NCBI GenBank assembly: GCA_951406725.2
Contig: OX597815.1
Span: 188,604,001 to 188,668,000 of the forward strand
DNA: 64,000 nucleotides
Direction: 5' to 3'
DNA from: Octopus vulgaris
Lineage: Eukaryota
Below the pieces are notes generated by a model that was not told where the DNA came from, did no database searches, and saw nothing but the letters and a program-made list of their open reading frames with translations. The position numbers and the translations under genes were made by a program. Below, one piece after another: positions 51,636 through 64,000 of the stretch. Position 1 is the first letter of the stretch; each line of letters starts with the position of its first letter.

Positions 51636-51995
51636 GAACATTCTGTCACAGTAATTCTTTTCAATCAAGACTGGCCTATATGTATTAATGCTTGTAACAA
51701 ACAATTCTATGGCTAAATATTGTCAATTAAGTAATTTTTCAAAAGCATATTTTGGGAGTACGAGATATTTTGAAATATATCATTAAAATCAATAATACCA
51801 TGTAACCATTTGAATTTTCATAATTGATGTAACTCGTATGGAACAACACTTGTCTTTACTGATTTAATTATTTACTTACCCAAATCTACGTGTTATGCTG
51901 GTAAATTTTGGGTGTAACTTTCTGATTGGGCAGTGAAAATAAGCAAAAAAAAAAAATGTAAGTATTGAGATAGGATTCTCATTGAAGTATTAGTA

Positions 51996-52807
51996 CAGGG
52001 TGGTCCAGAAGTCACTGAGAGGTTTTAATTTTTAATAACTCCCTTATTTTTTCAAATAGGTGTATGGAATTTTTATTCAATATAGAGGAGATAATGGAGA
52101 TTAATTGTCATTAGTCCTTTCACATCATACCTCTGCATTGGATATGAAAAATGACATCTTTTAAATGGCGCCCATTTTCAGCCTCACACTTTATGGGGTG
52201 CAATTCTCTATGGTGTAGTTAGTGCTATTGGATTCTCAGAGCCCCAAAACCAGCAATTTTGTCTGTTGATGAACCCATTCAAATAGAAAAATGAAAGTAA
52301 GCTTCATCAGGCATGATCAATTTTTGTGTAAAATTTGGGTCAATTTGTGCCAATTCCTGGATTCTGACAGCATATTGGAGCCTGTGTTCATAGCCTTGGG
52401 GCTTCAACTGTTGAACCAACTGTACCTGTATGGGAAAGAGTAAGATTGCAGAGAAATCTTTGCAGTGAAGTTTGTGAAATCCCAAGCTTTCTGGACCAAC
52501 TTTGAGTCAACGTGCTTAGATTCTGTTCAATACTCTCTTACATTTGTTCCTTTACCTCATCAGTTCTGACAGTGCAAAGTCTCACAGATCGTAGATCACT
52601 TACTGCCCCTTGTTTTTCAAAACAACAAACTAAGTTCCTAATTGTGTTTTCACTTGGAGAATCTCTCACTTAAAAATGCCAATGATATGCTCCCTAGGTT
52701 TCAATAACTGACCCCTGATTTTGATAGAACAATTTCACCAATTAGGTGCATTGTGCAATGCCATATTTTTCCATAAGCAATCCCTCAGTGACTTTTGGGT
52801 CACCCTG
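51996..52807 (-). mobile_element. Internally deleted Tc1/mariner element (rosa/DD41D-like)
   Basis: TIRs CAGGGTGGTCCAGAAGTCACTGAG / CTCAGTGACTTTTGGGTCACCCTG; QLVQQLKP..IMPDEAYFHF and NRQNCWFWGSENP remnants. Confidence 0.75.
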
Positions 52808-53061
52808 TCTTAGGCTACAATGGCTAAGCCAAACTAAACAACTGATGCTTGCTTAGAAAGACAGTAAAGAGGGATATATGAATGATAGGTTGAAAGATTT
52901 ATCATGGTAATAAAAACTAAAAATACAGATACAAGGGTAATCACAATTTAATGACTCAGTTGGTTCCAAATATCCAATTGTTAAATGACAGATTAATTCA
53001 TGATATTTCGTTTTTGGATTTGGTTTGCAAGATCCTTTATATGAGTTCGTGTGTTGAAGCA

Positions 53062-53246
53062 TATTCTGTTGTATCTGGGGAGAGTCATTTTCTTTTTGTG
53101 CCTTATTATGTAACACACTCACCGGTAAAATTTCTACTTTTTTCTTATTTTTATTTTTCTAAAATTTTCGTGGAAATTCTACCGGTGAGTGTGTTACATA
53201 ATAAAGGCACAAAAAGAAAATGACTCTCACCAGACACAATAGAATA
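53062..53246. repeat. Fold-back, ~76-bp arms
   Basis: Arms 53062-53137 and 53170-53246. Confidence 0.85.
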
Positions 53247-53686
53247 ATTCATGATAGAAATGATATTACAATATGCAGCTATATTCTTGACTGTAACTCC
53301 TGCTCTGGCAATTCTTACACAGCCAAATGAGGTTTGTCCTTAAATTTGCCAGTCATTTTGCTAAGGGACTAAGGGACATGATTAGGTTAAACACAAGTGA
53401 AAGTTTGGTCTCAACAGGAAAATTTTTCTGAGAGTCATTTTACTTGGATTGCCTTTTGTTTTGTCATTTTTAATTATATTTTAATTTCTTGTTAATTATT
53501 TTTGTGGAAAGACAGAAAAATGAGAGGATTTATATTTATTTTATATCTGTATAGCTTTCTGTAATTTCAGTTCCGATTTAAAATATTTAATTTTATTTTT
53601 CATTTTGGTTAATTTAGATCATAAACTTTGTGTGCATAACACAAATTTTTTATTGTATTTGTATGTGTATAACCAACTTCTTAAAC

Positions 53687-53717
<31 letters not shown>

Positions 53718-53835
53718 ATCATTACAGATATAGGGTGAAAAATTATTAATTTACTAAAATCAACAAATTTCACCCAGTAGTTTTTTGGTATGGAAAAGGA
53801 CCATATTCAGTAAAAACTCATACAAAATTTTTTTT

Positions 53836-54005
53836 ATATATAATTATAACAATAAGGATTTAGCAACAAGTTGCTAGACCACATACCGAAAATTTTAGAA
53901 ATAGCAGCCAAAAGACTACTATTTCCTTTATAGTAGTCTTTTGGCTGCTATTTCTAAACTTTTCGGTATGTGGTTAAGCAACTTGCTGCTAAACCCTTAT
54001 TGTTA

Positions 54006-54015
<10 letters not shown>
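53836..54015. repeat. Fold-back, ~86-bp arms, (TA)n-flanked
   Basis: Arms 53836-53922 and 53930-54015; single-arm relative at ~39268-39360. Confidence 0.85.
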
Positions 54016-54057
<42 letters not shown>

Positions 54058-54080
54058 TGTGAGCACATATATATTCGTGG

Positions 54081-54123
<43 letters not shown>

Positions 54124-55251
54124 AATATATAATGTTTGTATATATGAACATATATATGATAAATATATATCTATATATATATAGATATGGCTCTGGATAT
54201 GCCCAGGCCTCTTCCACATATGTCCTCTCTTCAGCCCTTCACAACACAGGAGGCCAAGCAATATCACACTTGTGCCATAGACTACAGGCAGAAGGAAGGA
54301 TGGAAGTATTCTTACTATAACAATTTCTTCCACTTCTCATGTGTCAAACTCACTTGATGCACCTCAGAATCCTTGCACTATTTTGTAATGATTGTTCTTG
54401 GGTTCCCAGTGTTTGCCCAGTAGTGTTCGGTTTCCTTCATGACTTCAAGACTTAGGTACAATAGCAGTCCCTTCAGCAGCTCTTCACAAACTAACTTCTT
54501 GATTCTCTCAAATTTGTCCACCAGTGCTGACACTGTGAATGCAGGCTTCTTCCAATTGTGCAAGAAAAGCTCTGAGTCCAGATCAACTGCAAACTAACAG
54601 CAATGTTTTTGCCACAGTGTGTGAGCTGTCCTCAAGTAGCACAGTTCTCAGACCCACACCAGATGCTTTTTCATACATTTCTTGTTTTCATCTGCTGTAA
54701 AGTTAAGTCTGTTCCATAGTTACTTTTCATCGTTGAGTCACAGATTAGTAACTTTTAGTAGCAATGTAAATCTTACTAGAATATGCTGCATTACTTTGCA
54801 AAATTAACTAAATTTATAACTATCTTCTTAGTGTTTATTTTCATCAACTATGTTGTGTTAAAATACACCAGATGCAACCAAAAACTGGTTAGATTAACAG
54901 CCTTGAATTAGAAGGCTGAATTAATTAAAAAAATTTCAAGAAAAGAGTAGCAGAGAGAATGTGAATACAGCATGTGTGTCAAACATCAGCATATAAATAA
55001 CTGAGTGATTAAATGAACGAACAAACACTGATGCATTATCAAGACACATTGTAGTAATTAATTAAACTTTTAAAGCAACCATTATGAATGTTTAGTGTTT
55101 GTTTTGCACAATTAACAACAGCAATACCTTGCTTAATGGCTGGTTGCTGAACAATTCTCCACTTTGATGATACTGTTCAAAAATCATCAAAATGTAAGAA
55201 TACTTTATCTGAAAGGAGACTTCTTTGGAATAGGTTTTGTGCACAGATATA

Positions 55252-55656
55252 TACTCCTTACTCTTTTACTCGTTTACTTGTTTCAGTCATTTGGCCACGG
55301 CCATGCTGGAGCACTGCCTTTTGTCAAGCACATCGACCCCAGGATGTATTCTTTGTAAGCCTAATGCTTATTCTATCGGTCTCTTTTGTCGAACCGCTAA
55401 GTTACGGGGACGTGAACACACCAGCATCGGTTGTCAAGTGATGTTGGGGGACAAATACAAACACACAAACACACACACATACACACATACACACATATAT
55501 ACGACGGGCTTCTTTCAGTTTCTGTCTACCAAATCCACTCACAAGGCTTTGGTCAGCCCGAGGCTATAGTAGAAGACACTTGGCCAAGCTGCCACACAGT
55601 GGGATTGAACCTGGAACCATGTGGCTGGTAAGCAAGCTACTTACCACACAGCCACT
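55252..55656 (-). mobile_element. SINE family A
   Basis: Consensus match. Confidence 0.9.
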
Positions 55657-55659
55657 TTT

Positions 55660-56038
55660 CTACATGACACCAGCATGGGTGCTTTTAATATATTTCTTTA
55701 CTACCCACAAAGGGCTAAACACAGAGAGGACAAACAAGGACAGACAAACAGATTAAGTCAATTACATCAACCCCAGTGCGTAACTGGTACTTAATTTATT
55801 GACCCCGAAAGGATGAAAGGCAAAGTCGACCTCGGCGGAATTTGAACCCAGAACGTAACAGCAGACAAAATACGGCTACACATTTTGTCCAGCGTGCTAA
55901 CGCTTCTGCCAGCTCGCCGCCTTAATATGACACCAGTATGGGTGCTTTTAATGTGACACTAGCTTGGGTGCTTTTTGGGTGCTTTTGATGCGACACTGGC
56001 ACGGGTACTTTTCTACATGACACCAGCATGGGTGCTTG
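55660..56038. repeat. ~27-bp minisatellite (ATGACACCAGCATGGGTGCTTTT) interrupted by SINE B
   Basis: About 5 units; SINE flanked by TTAATAT at 55685 and 55922. Confidence 0.75.
55692..55924 (-). mobile_element. SINE family B, full length
   Basis: Minus strand GGCGGCGAGCTGGCAGAAGCGTTAGC...GGGTTCAAATTCCGCCGAGGTCGACTTTGCCTTTCATCC. Confidence 0.85.
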
Positions 56039-57259
56039 TATTTGTAACAATGGAACATAAAAATTTTCTCAAATCAGGCACAATACACCATCCTGATATA
56101 CCTTCAAATGTTCTATAGTTATCTTTTAATTGAATAACAAGAAATGAATGCATGATAATTGAGTGATAAATACAGCAAACAAAATTGAAATCATTGATAA
56201 TAATCAATCTAAAAGCGGAATAATAAATAGATAAATCACTGTTACATAGCATTAGAGAATTTATCATTTAAAAAGTAGAATATAAATCTATGTTTTGATA
56301 CATCTTTTGTAGTTTAATACATTATATAATTGAAATATCATAAATGTGAATATTAAAGAATTAACCAATTGTCAGAACAGTTTAAATCAACCATAATTGA
56401 ATCCAGATATATTATTTCATATAAATGTCAGATCTATTACTAAGTGAAAATTATATTTCATAAAGTTCCCTAATATTTTAGAATTAGATACATATTTATA
56501 TAACTACTAATAGTGGTTAAAAATATAACACTAGATTCTCAACAGATAAATCTGTATAACTATACTGCATTTTAATAATATTAATAGTTTTTTTTTTTCT
56601 ATTGGTAGTCACAACCATTGCAATAAAAACACAATTTCAAAAACAAATGTCTCAAAATCTAAGAATTCATTTTAAACATCAACTTATAATGACTTCCAGT
56701 TTTATTAAATTATGTTCCAATGTCTTTAAAATAATTTCTTGAAAGCACTAAATTTTCTATAAGTTTATTTTATGTCAAAAGTGATGAGTTATAAGTTATA
56801 TAAATGCCATAAAAGTATACAATTCGAAATATTTTATGGATACATGAGGTCTGTTGAGAAATTAATGAGACTGATGCAAAAGAGAATTTTATTGGAAATT
56901 GCTAAATTATATTTTAACTCCATTGCCATCAGTATAACACCATTCATATGCAAAGCATCACCTCTATTAATACTTTGAAATTTAGAAACATTCTAAGAAA
57001 TTAATCTTTTCTCAAATCCACTGGAGTGTCTACTTCAGCAGTTATATATCCAGATCTTTTAAAAATACTTCTTGCTCAAACAATTATACAAGAGGGGGAA
57101 AAAAAACTTATGTAGTAACTGATCTGGTAAATATGGTACTTGCAGAAGCACTAGAATATTCCTGATAATGTCTCTAGATCATTGGTTTTCAGCTGGGGTC
57201 CAAACAAGATTTTGTTGTGAAATTTTCATGCTATAAATTGGTCATACTTCTGCAAAACA

Positions 57260-57440
57260 CCCCATCACTTGACAACTGATGTTGATGTGTTTACGTCCCT
57301 GTAACTTAGCAGTTCGGCAAAAGAGACAGATAGAATAATTACTAGGCTTCCAAAGAATAAGTCCTGGGATTGATCTGTTCGACTAAAGGCGGTGCTCCAG
57401 CATGGCTGCAGTCAAATGACTGAAAGAAATAAAAGTGTAA
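57260..57440 (+). mobile_element. SINE family A, 3' half
   Basis: Consensus match. Confidence 0.8.
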
Positions 57441-57459
57441 AAAAACAAATGCATTATAA

Positions 57460-57642
57460 TCCTGAAATGTTGTGGGAAGGGGCCAGTTGATTACATGGAC
57501 CCCAATGTTCAGCTGGTACTTATTTCATCAACTCTGAAAGGATGAAATGCAAACGTCACCTCAGCAGAATTTGAACCCAAAACAAGCTGGACAAAATATT
57601 GCTAAGCATTTTTTCCAGTGTGCAAATGAATCTACCAGCTCA
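57460..57642 (-). mobile_element. SINE family B, diverged
   Basis: GGGCCAGTTGATTAC..GGTACTTA..GAAAGGATGAAA..GAATTTGAAC. Confidence 0.65.
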
Positions 57643-57659
57643 CCATCTCAATGACTTCA

Positions 57660-57804
57660 TTATTACTACGGAATTCTGTTGGATACGACATGTCACATGT
57701 CCATAGTACCAAAGGTGTGACCTCTCAATGCAGAGACGTAGCAGTTCAACCTGGAGAGACACCCTGAGCTCCCAGCTATGCATTCTGTTGAGCAACAATA
57801 CTCT
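57660..57804 (-). mobile_element. RTE-like LINE fragment
   Basis: RMHSWELRVSLQVELLRLCIERSHLWYYGHV. Confidence 0.6.
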
Positions 57805-58140
57805 AGAACAGCCTGATTGTGAAATTAACGTGCAAGTGGCTGAGCACTCCGCAGACATGTGTACCCTTAACGTAGTTCTCAGGGAGATTCAGTGTGACAC
57901 AGAATGTGACAAGGCTGGCCCTTTGAAATACAGGTACAACAGAAACAGGCAGAAAGAGCAAGAGAAAGTGGTGGCGAAAGAGTACAGCAGGGTTCACCAC
58001 CACCCTCTGTCAGAATTCGTGGAACTTTATGTGTTTTTATTCAATCAATAAACACTCACAACACCCAGTCTGGGAATTGAAACTGCTATCCTACAACTGC
58101 AAGTCTGCTGCTCTAACCATTGTGCCATTGCACCTCCACA
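57805..58140 (-). mobile_element. Chimeric SINE: family D head with family C 3' block
   Basis: 57935-58140 matches 51043-51211; 57805-57934 matches 47890-48015. Confidence 0.7.
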
Positions 58141-59179
58141 CTACATTATAACGAGATTCTAAATATAGCAAACCTATTTCACATGCATAACAAATCTTAT
58201 CTTGACTGATCTGCAGGGATTCTAAGATTTAAATGTTCTCTGTTTACAGTTGAGATAGTTTGATTAAAATTACTTTTTAGTTTTTCTTTGCTTCACTTGT
58301 GCTGTTAGCTTTATCCATTACTGAATTGATAAAAAATTTCTCACTGTAGCATATTGGTTTTTCTCAAAACTTTTTGATCTCTGATCTTGAACCTCAAGCA
58401 TTTTTCTTATTCCCTTCTAACAATGGTTTCCATTACATCCCACTATGCTGCACGACGCATTGAATTCCTATAATTCCATACTAACCATATCATTGATTCT
58501 CATCTTTTGGATCACATTCTTTCACACAATTTGTTGTCAATGTCCAAATTTCTTTATATAATTACTGCATCAAGAATTACATTTATCATTTTCCTTTTAG
58601 TAATTAAACGCTTTGACATTACCAATTATAATTTGTTTCATACCATATTTTATAAAAATCGGTCTGTTCGTTCTGAAAACCAAAATTATTTGGCTAAAAC
58701 TCTTCAAATTACCTCAAACAATTATAAGCAATCTTTTTGTTGAGCTAAAATATTATTCATAACAGAATTTATTTGAGTTTTTATTGATTCATAAGCTACA
58801 AACTATAATCTTTATTTATTCAATATATGCACATTTTACAGTACCATGTCAGTTTTGCAACATATTGGCATATTGTCAATCAGCCATCAAAGCTATTATG
58901 GTTTGTTTTTTCCTTTCACGTCTATTAATGTTGCTGTAATCATATGATTTGTGTGTTCCTGTCACTAATTATATACTAAACTGGACTATATTTCTTTACA
59001 GTCTTTCTATGATGATATTAAGTCAATAATTTCGTCTTTGCTTTTCATTATTTATTAATTTATTTTGTACACATTTTTAATGCACAAATGTTTGAATGAT
59101 TTTAAGCAGTTATAATTATATCAAATCATTCGTTCTCTGCTTCTCTGTGTATATGTGTGGTAATAAGGATGCTGGAAGC

Positions 59180-59700
59180 GTCGGCGGCGGCGGCATCGTC
59201 GTCATCATCATCATCATCATTGTTCATCATCATCATCATCATTTAATGTCTGCTTTTGGTGCTGGCATGGATTGTTGTTGATGATGATGATGAGGACAAG
59301 GATGATGATGATGAGGACAAGGATGATGATGATGATAAAGATGATGAGGATGGTGATGCTGACAACAATGATGATGAGGAAGAGGATGAGGATGATGAGG
59401 ATGATGATGCTGACAACAATGATGATGATGATGATGATGATGATAAAGATGATGACGATGATGATGCTGACAATGATGATGATGATGATGATGATGAAGA
59501 GGAGGAGGAGGATGCTGACAACAATGAGGATGATGACGATGACGATGACGATGATGACGATGATGCTGACAACAGTGATGATGATGATGATGATGACGAC
59601 AACAATGACAATGACGATACCAATTATACCCCTGCCACAGCTGTCATAGCCAGTGACAGTGGCAACTATGACAACAACAACAAAGATGACAATGTCTCTA
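59180..59700. repeat. Compound (CAT)n/(GAT/GAC/GAG)n repeat with recurring GATGCTGACAAC
   Basis: Direct reading. Confidence 0.85.
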
Positions 59701-59809
59701 CATGTCTTCCATGCATCTTTATCCGTTGACTCGGTGCTTTGGTAATAGAATATTATTTGATGTGATTGATGGAACTGACTTTACGAGTTGCTTTGCTCAG
59801 AGGAGAACG

Positions 59810-60048
59810 GTAGAATGCAACTTACGTTTGAAGGTTTCCATGCCACTAGTGTTATCCAAGGGAAAGGCAAAGGGGCCAATACAGCTTGGCACCAGTGACG
59901 TCGTAACTCATTTCTACAGCTGAGTGAACTGGAGCAACGTGAAATAAAGTGCCTTGCTCAAGAACACAACAAGCAGCCCGGTCCGGGATTCAAACTCACA
60001 GCCTCACGATCGTAAGCTCGATGCTCTAACCACTGGGCCATGCACCTT
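59810..60048 (-). mobile_element. SINE with a family C-type head/CORE block and a different tail
   Basis: CAGCTGAGTGAACTGGAGCAACGTGAAATAAAGTGCCTTGCTCAAG...GGATTCAAACTC. Confidence 0.7.
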
Positions 60049-60114
60049 AATAGTAGAAAGGATTATAAAGCATTCATTTTTTTGTTGAACACTCAAAAGA
60101 TAACTGGCATTTTA

Positions 60115-60275
60115 CTGGTTACGATGACGAGGGTTCTAGTTGTTCCAATTGATGGAACAGCCAGCTTATGAAATTAACATGCTAGTGGCTGAGTACTCCA
60201 CTGACATGTTTAGTATTAATGTAGTTCTCAGGGAGATTTAGCACGTGACAAAGCTGGCCCTTTGAAATATGGGTG
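60115..60275 (-). mobile_element. SINE family C, 3' block
   Basis: GGTTACGATGACGAGGGTTC...ACAAAGCTGGCCCTTTGAAAT. Confidence 0.65.
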
Positions 60276-60282
60276 CTACATG

Positions 60283-60768
60283 AGATGGTGAAGCATGACC
60301 TTCAAATGGGTCTCACAGAGGCAATGACAAGAAACTGAGACCTCTGGAGATGTGCTGTGACTGAGAAGACCCCCCGGAAGTAAAGTGAGATCACAGCCAT
60401 AGCTTATACCTGTGTCGCATAACCAGCCCATTTAAAAAGTACCTTTGAATTGTTTAACCACACACCGTGCTTCAGGACACTTACTGAGTCAAGTAAAATC
60501 AAAAATCAAAAATCAAAATCACAAAATCAGAATCTCAATCAAATCGAAATCAAAAATGGAAATTGTAGTTATGGCCAATGTCACAGCCACCTGACTGGCC
60601 CCCATGCTGGTGGCACACAATAAGCACCATTCATGTGTAGATTGCTGCCAGTGCTGCCTAACCGGCCCCCTGTGCCCATGGCATGTAAAAAGCACCATCC
60701 AAATGTGGTCAATGCCAACCCCCACCCCACCCTGACTGGCTCCTGTGTTGGTGACACATAAAAAGACA
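60283..60768 (+). mobile_element. RTE LINE 3' end fragment
   Basis: Homologous to 48258-48730 (GTGAAGCATGACCTTC...GAGAAGACCC...(AAATC)n). Confidence 0.65.
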
Positions 60769-60769
60769 C

Positions 60770-60988
60770 CAGAAACGTTAGCACACTGGGCGAAATGCTC
60801 AGCGGTATTTCGTCTGCATTACGTTGTGAGTTCAAATTCTGCCGAGGTCGACTTTGCGTTTCATCCTTTCGGGGTCGATAAATTAAGTACCAGTTACGCA
60901 CTGGGGTCGATGTAATCGACTTAATCCATTTGTCTGTCCTTGTTTGTCCACTCTGTATTTAGTCCCTTGTGGGTAATAAAGAAATAGG
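60770..60988 (+). mobile_element. SINE family B
   Basis: CAGAAACGTTAGCAC...GAGTTCAAATTC...GGGTAATAAAGAAATA; followed by a family H tail fragment at 60987-61063. Confidence 0.85.
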
Positions 60989-61139
60989 TATATCAGCTGA
61001 AACTTTTTGTCAACAACAATCAAGATGAGGACAAATATCCATCAAATGTAAATAATGTAAATAAAGCAATATTTATGTTTGTCAGCTCAGTGGATTGGAG
61101 CAACATGAAATGAAGTGTCTTGCTGAAAGTTATTGAGAG

Positions 61140-61463
61140 GAGCACTCCATCAGTTATGACGATGAGGGTCCCAGCTGATACGATCAATGGAACAGCTTGC
61201 TCGTGAACTCAATGTGCAAGTGACTGAGCACTCCACAGATATTACTCTTTTACTCTTTTACTTGTTTCAGTCATTTGACTGCAGCCATGCTGGAGCACCG
61301 CCTTTAATCGAGCAACTCGACCCCGGGACTTATGCTTTTGTAAGCCCAGTACTTATTCTATCAGTATCTTTTGCCGAACCGCTAAGTAACGGGGACATAA
61401 ACACACCAGCATCAGTTGTCGAGCAATGCTAGGGGGACAAACACAGACACACAAACACACACA

Positions 61464-61504
<41 letters not shown>

Positions 61505-61876
61505 GACAGGCTTCTTTCAGTTTCCGTCTACCAAATCCACTCACAAGGCTTTGGTCAGCCCGAGGCTATATTAGAAGACACTTGCCCAAGGTGCCACGCA
61601 GTGGGACTGAACCCGGAACCATGTGTTTGGTAAACAAGCTACTTACCACACAGCCACTCCTGCTCCTATATGCATACTCTTAATGTAGTTCTCAGGGAGA
61701 TTCGGTGTAACGCAGAGTGTGACAAGGCTGGCCCTTCACAATACAGGTACTACTCATTTTTGCCAGCTGAGTGGACTGGGGCAATGTGAAATAAAGTGTC
61801 TTGCTCAAGGAGACAACGCGTCGCCGGGAATTGAACTCACGACCTTATAATCATGAGCTGAATACCCTAACCACCA
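61140..61876 (-). mobile_element. SINE family C interrupted by SINE A
   Basis: Halves 61140-61241 and 61668-61876 are colinear with 47853-48165. Confidence 0.8.
61242..61667 (-). mobile_element. SINE family A nested in SINE C
   Basis: Consensus match. Confidence 0.9.
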
Positions 61877-62571
61877 ACTCATATAAATGCTTAGATCAGT
61901 GCTTCTCAACATATTTGTACTCATAACCTCCTGATGAAATTAGATTACTCCTGTGCTTGCTCCTATTACTCTGTAGAAGATATATGTTGAAAAAAAACAA
62001 ATCTGTTTTATCACTTGCATAGCAGCTGAATCATAAGAAAACTGTCTGTTGTAGATTACAAAAAAATGTCTGTTTCTATGCCGGAAAGACAACGTATTAA
62101 CAAATAGAATTATCTAGACATGAACCTATAAGAACTGACACAGATTAACTTTATTAATGTGACTTTATTTACAATAAAGAAGCTCTTTAAAAGAAAAAAA
62201 AGACAGAATATATCTATTAGAACGAAAATATTCTTATGATTGGCTGTTTATTCAGTCTGAGTGTTGTCGTTGGTGCAAAACTCGCAAGTTTTTAATACCT
62301 ATCTGTAGTGCTGTTAGTGCAAATGAAGATCACTTCTCCTTTCAGATGTGAGCTATTGGCAGTAGATCAATCACTCAGCTGATGCTAGATTCCACTAAAG
62401 AAAAAAAAAAACAGTAATATAGCATGCAGTGTGTACAAAAAACCTTGGACAGCATTTTTAAATAAGCAATGCCCCCACTCCCTATACCTGCCTACCCTAG
62501 AGGCAATATGAAAGAATATTGTTTCCCTTGAAATAATCTCAATTTCTTCAAAAATTATTATTTGGTGTCTG

Positions 62572-62690
62572 TTATTATTAAGGTCACTGCCTGAAATTGA
62601 ACTTGGAATCTTGGGGTTAGTAACCCACCCAATATGCCATATGCCTGTGGGTAATTATGGAGTGAATTTTAGGGCTTATAAATCTAATAT
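62572..62690 (-). mobile_element. Family H head fragment with upstream flank
   Basis: AGGTCACTGCCTGAAATTGAACTTGGAATCTTGGGGTTAGTA..ATGCCATATGCCTGTGGG. Confidence 0.65.
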
Positions 62691-63404
62691 TCTACTTAGA
62701 GAGGATATTAATTCCCAAACTTAACATACTTTATTAGAAGAGCTTTGTTATTCCTTAAAACAGATTCATCAACTTGCAGGGCAAACTGCTTCCCATGTAA
62801 CTAGTTTCTCCCCCCCCCCCCACATTTTCAGTTGTTTTCATCAAGGTACCTCAATACTGAGGAATTTCTCAAAAGAATGATTTTGGTAACTTCAAATGTA
62901 TTCTGTGTCATGACAGTTAAGATCTCGAAAGATTCCTCAGGCAAAATTTAAATTTCATTGTTTATTAGATATGGCTGACAGCTTTTGCAATTATCTTGGA
63001 AATATCATAGAATGTAAGTAATCCATTGTCTGCTTCATTTCATAGAATGGTTTCCCTTCTCAGAAATCACTACTTGATATTTTTTTCTAAGTATTCAAGT
63101 AATTTGTCTCTTTTGTATTTGTGCTTTGTTGCTAAATGGTTTCACATTTTACACAGTTATGCTCTCATTTAAAAGTGCTACCATGCACGTAAGACTGTGG
63201 TTTTGTAATGCTCTCTGGTGGTAGAATAACATTGTAGGCCAATTATTCCAGGAATATTACCATTTTTTTCCTTCATCACATTATTCATAGTTAATCTGTC
63301 AAATCGATTAAAAAAAAAAGCCCAATTAAGGGTCATGGAGTATTAAGTTCAAAGAATTCACTAATCCTAAGCTCCGGGAATTCTTCAATCACTGGCTTTA
63401 ACTT

Positions 63405-63517
63405 AACAGGCATCCAACAACAGGACCTCCGTAATGCTATGATGGACCGTGAAGTCTGGCGTAGCATGGTAAATTCCATTGTCTCGACCACGGTCGAACA
63501 ATGATGATGATGATGAT
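63405..63517 (+). mobile_element. Short RTE/RTEX-like 3' end
   Basis: TGIQQQDLRNAMMDREVWRSMVNSIVSTTVEQ* then (TGA)n. Confidence 0.6.
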
Positions 63518-64000
63518 TAACTTACAACGTAACTAAGAGATCCTCATTACTTCAGCCACTGACCAGAGGTTACAATATACAGAGAACCTGACGGTACATC
63601 TGTTGTAGCTAAATCCTTCTGTCCAAAAGAGACTCCTCGAATCTTCTTGTCCTTCACATCACATCACTTCTCCTTCTCCTTTTGCTTCCAGTTATCTCCC
63701 ACAACTGCTCCCTTCTGCTTATCCGATTTCATCTTCAGTGCATGACCCATTATGTCACATGTCACCTAATTCACTTAAATAATAAATGATAGGCAATGCT
63801 ATTATCTTTGTCGTTATTAATGCTATCATCTTTGTCTTTATAATATCAGTTACTAAGAATGAATGACATAAGTTAAACTTAAAACATATGTGATTAAAAT
63901 ATATAATTTGATTTGTTTACACACCTAACTCCAAGGTGCCATGTAAAAATCATCAGTTCTGGTGCTGGTGCCATATAAAAAGCAATGGTGATGGTTTTAT

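Noticed and set aside
59256-59729. 157-aa Asp-rich ORF resembling an acidic biomineral protein
   Set aside because: It is a GAT-based microsatellite open in several frames, begins in a retroelement tail remnant, and has no signal peptide or splice support.
61897-62500. hAT-like terminus CAGTGCTTCTCAAC
   Set aside because: No matching right TIR or 8-bp TSD found.

Overview
AT-rich, repeat-saturated eukaryotic intronic/intergenic DNA. The SINE families and microsatellite load suggest a coleoid cephalopod such as Octopus (inference). I found no supportable host protein-coding exon; nearly all listed ORFs are microsatellite or repeat artefacts. Content: about 20 copies of one tRNA-derived SINE (my label: family A) and three further SINE families (B, C, D); 5'-truncated LINEs (R4/Dong-type with an RLE endonuclease, CR1, RTE); decayed Tc1/mariner elements; non-autonomous Helitrons; TTAA MITEs; one tRNA-Asp(GUC) gene or pseudogene; and a tandem array derived from an RTE 3'UTR. 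Most notable are several unrelated small elements carrying minimal type-I hammerhead ribozyme (HHR) motifs of the Penelope/retrozyme kind. One of them (family H) joins a tRNA-like Pol III head, an (AAT)n tract and an HHR. It inserts as a head-to-head palindrome with 10-12 bp target-site duplications, and its (AAT)n tract was hit twice independently by the Dong-like LINE. All calls are by eye; family names are provisional and boundaries approximate.
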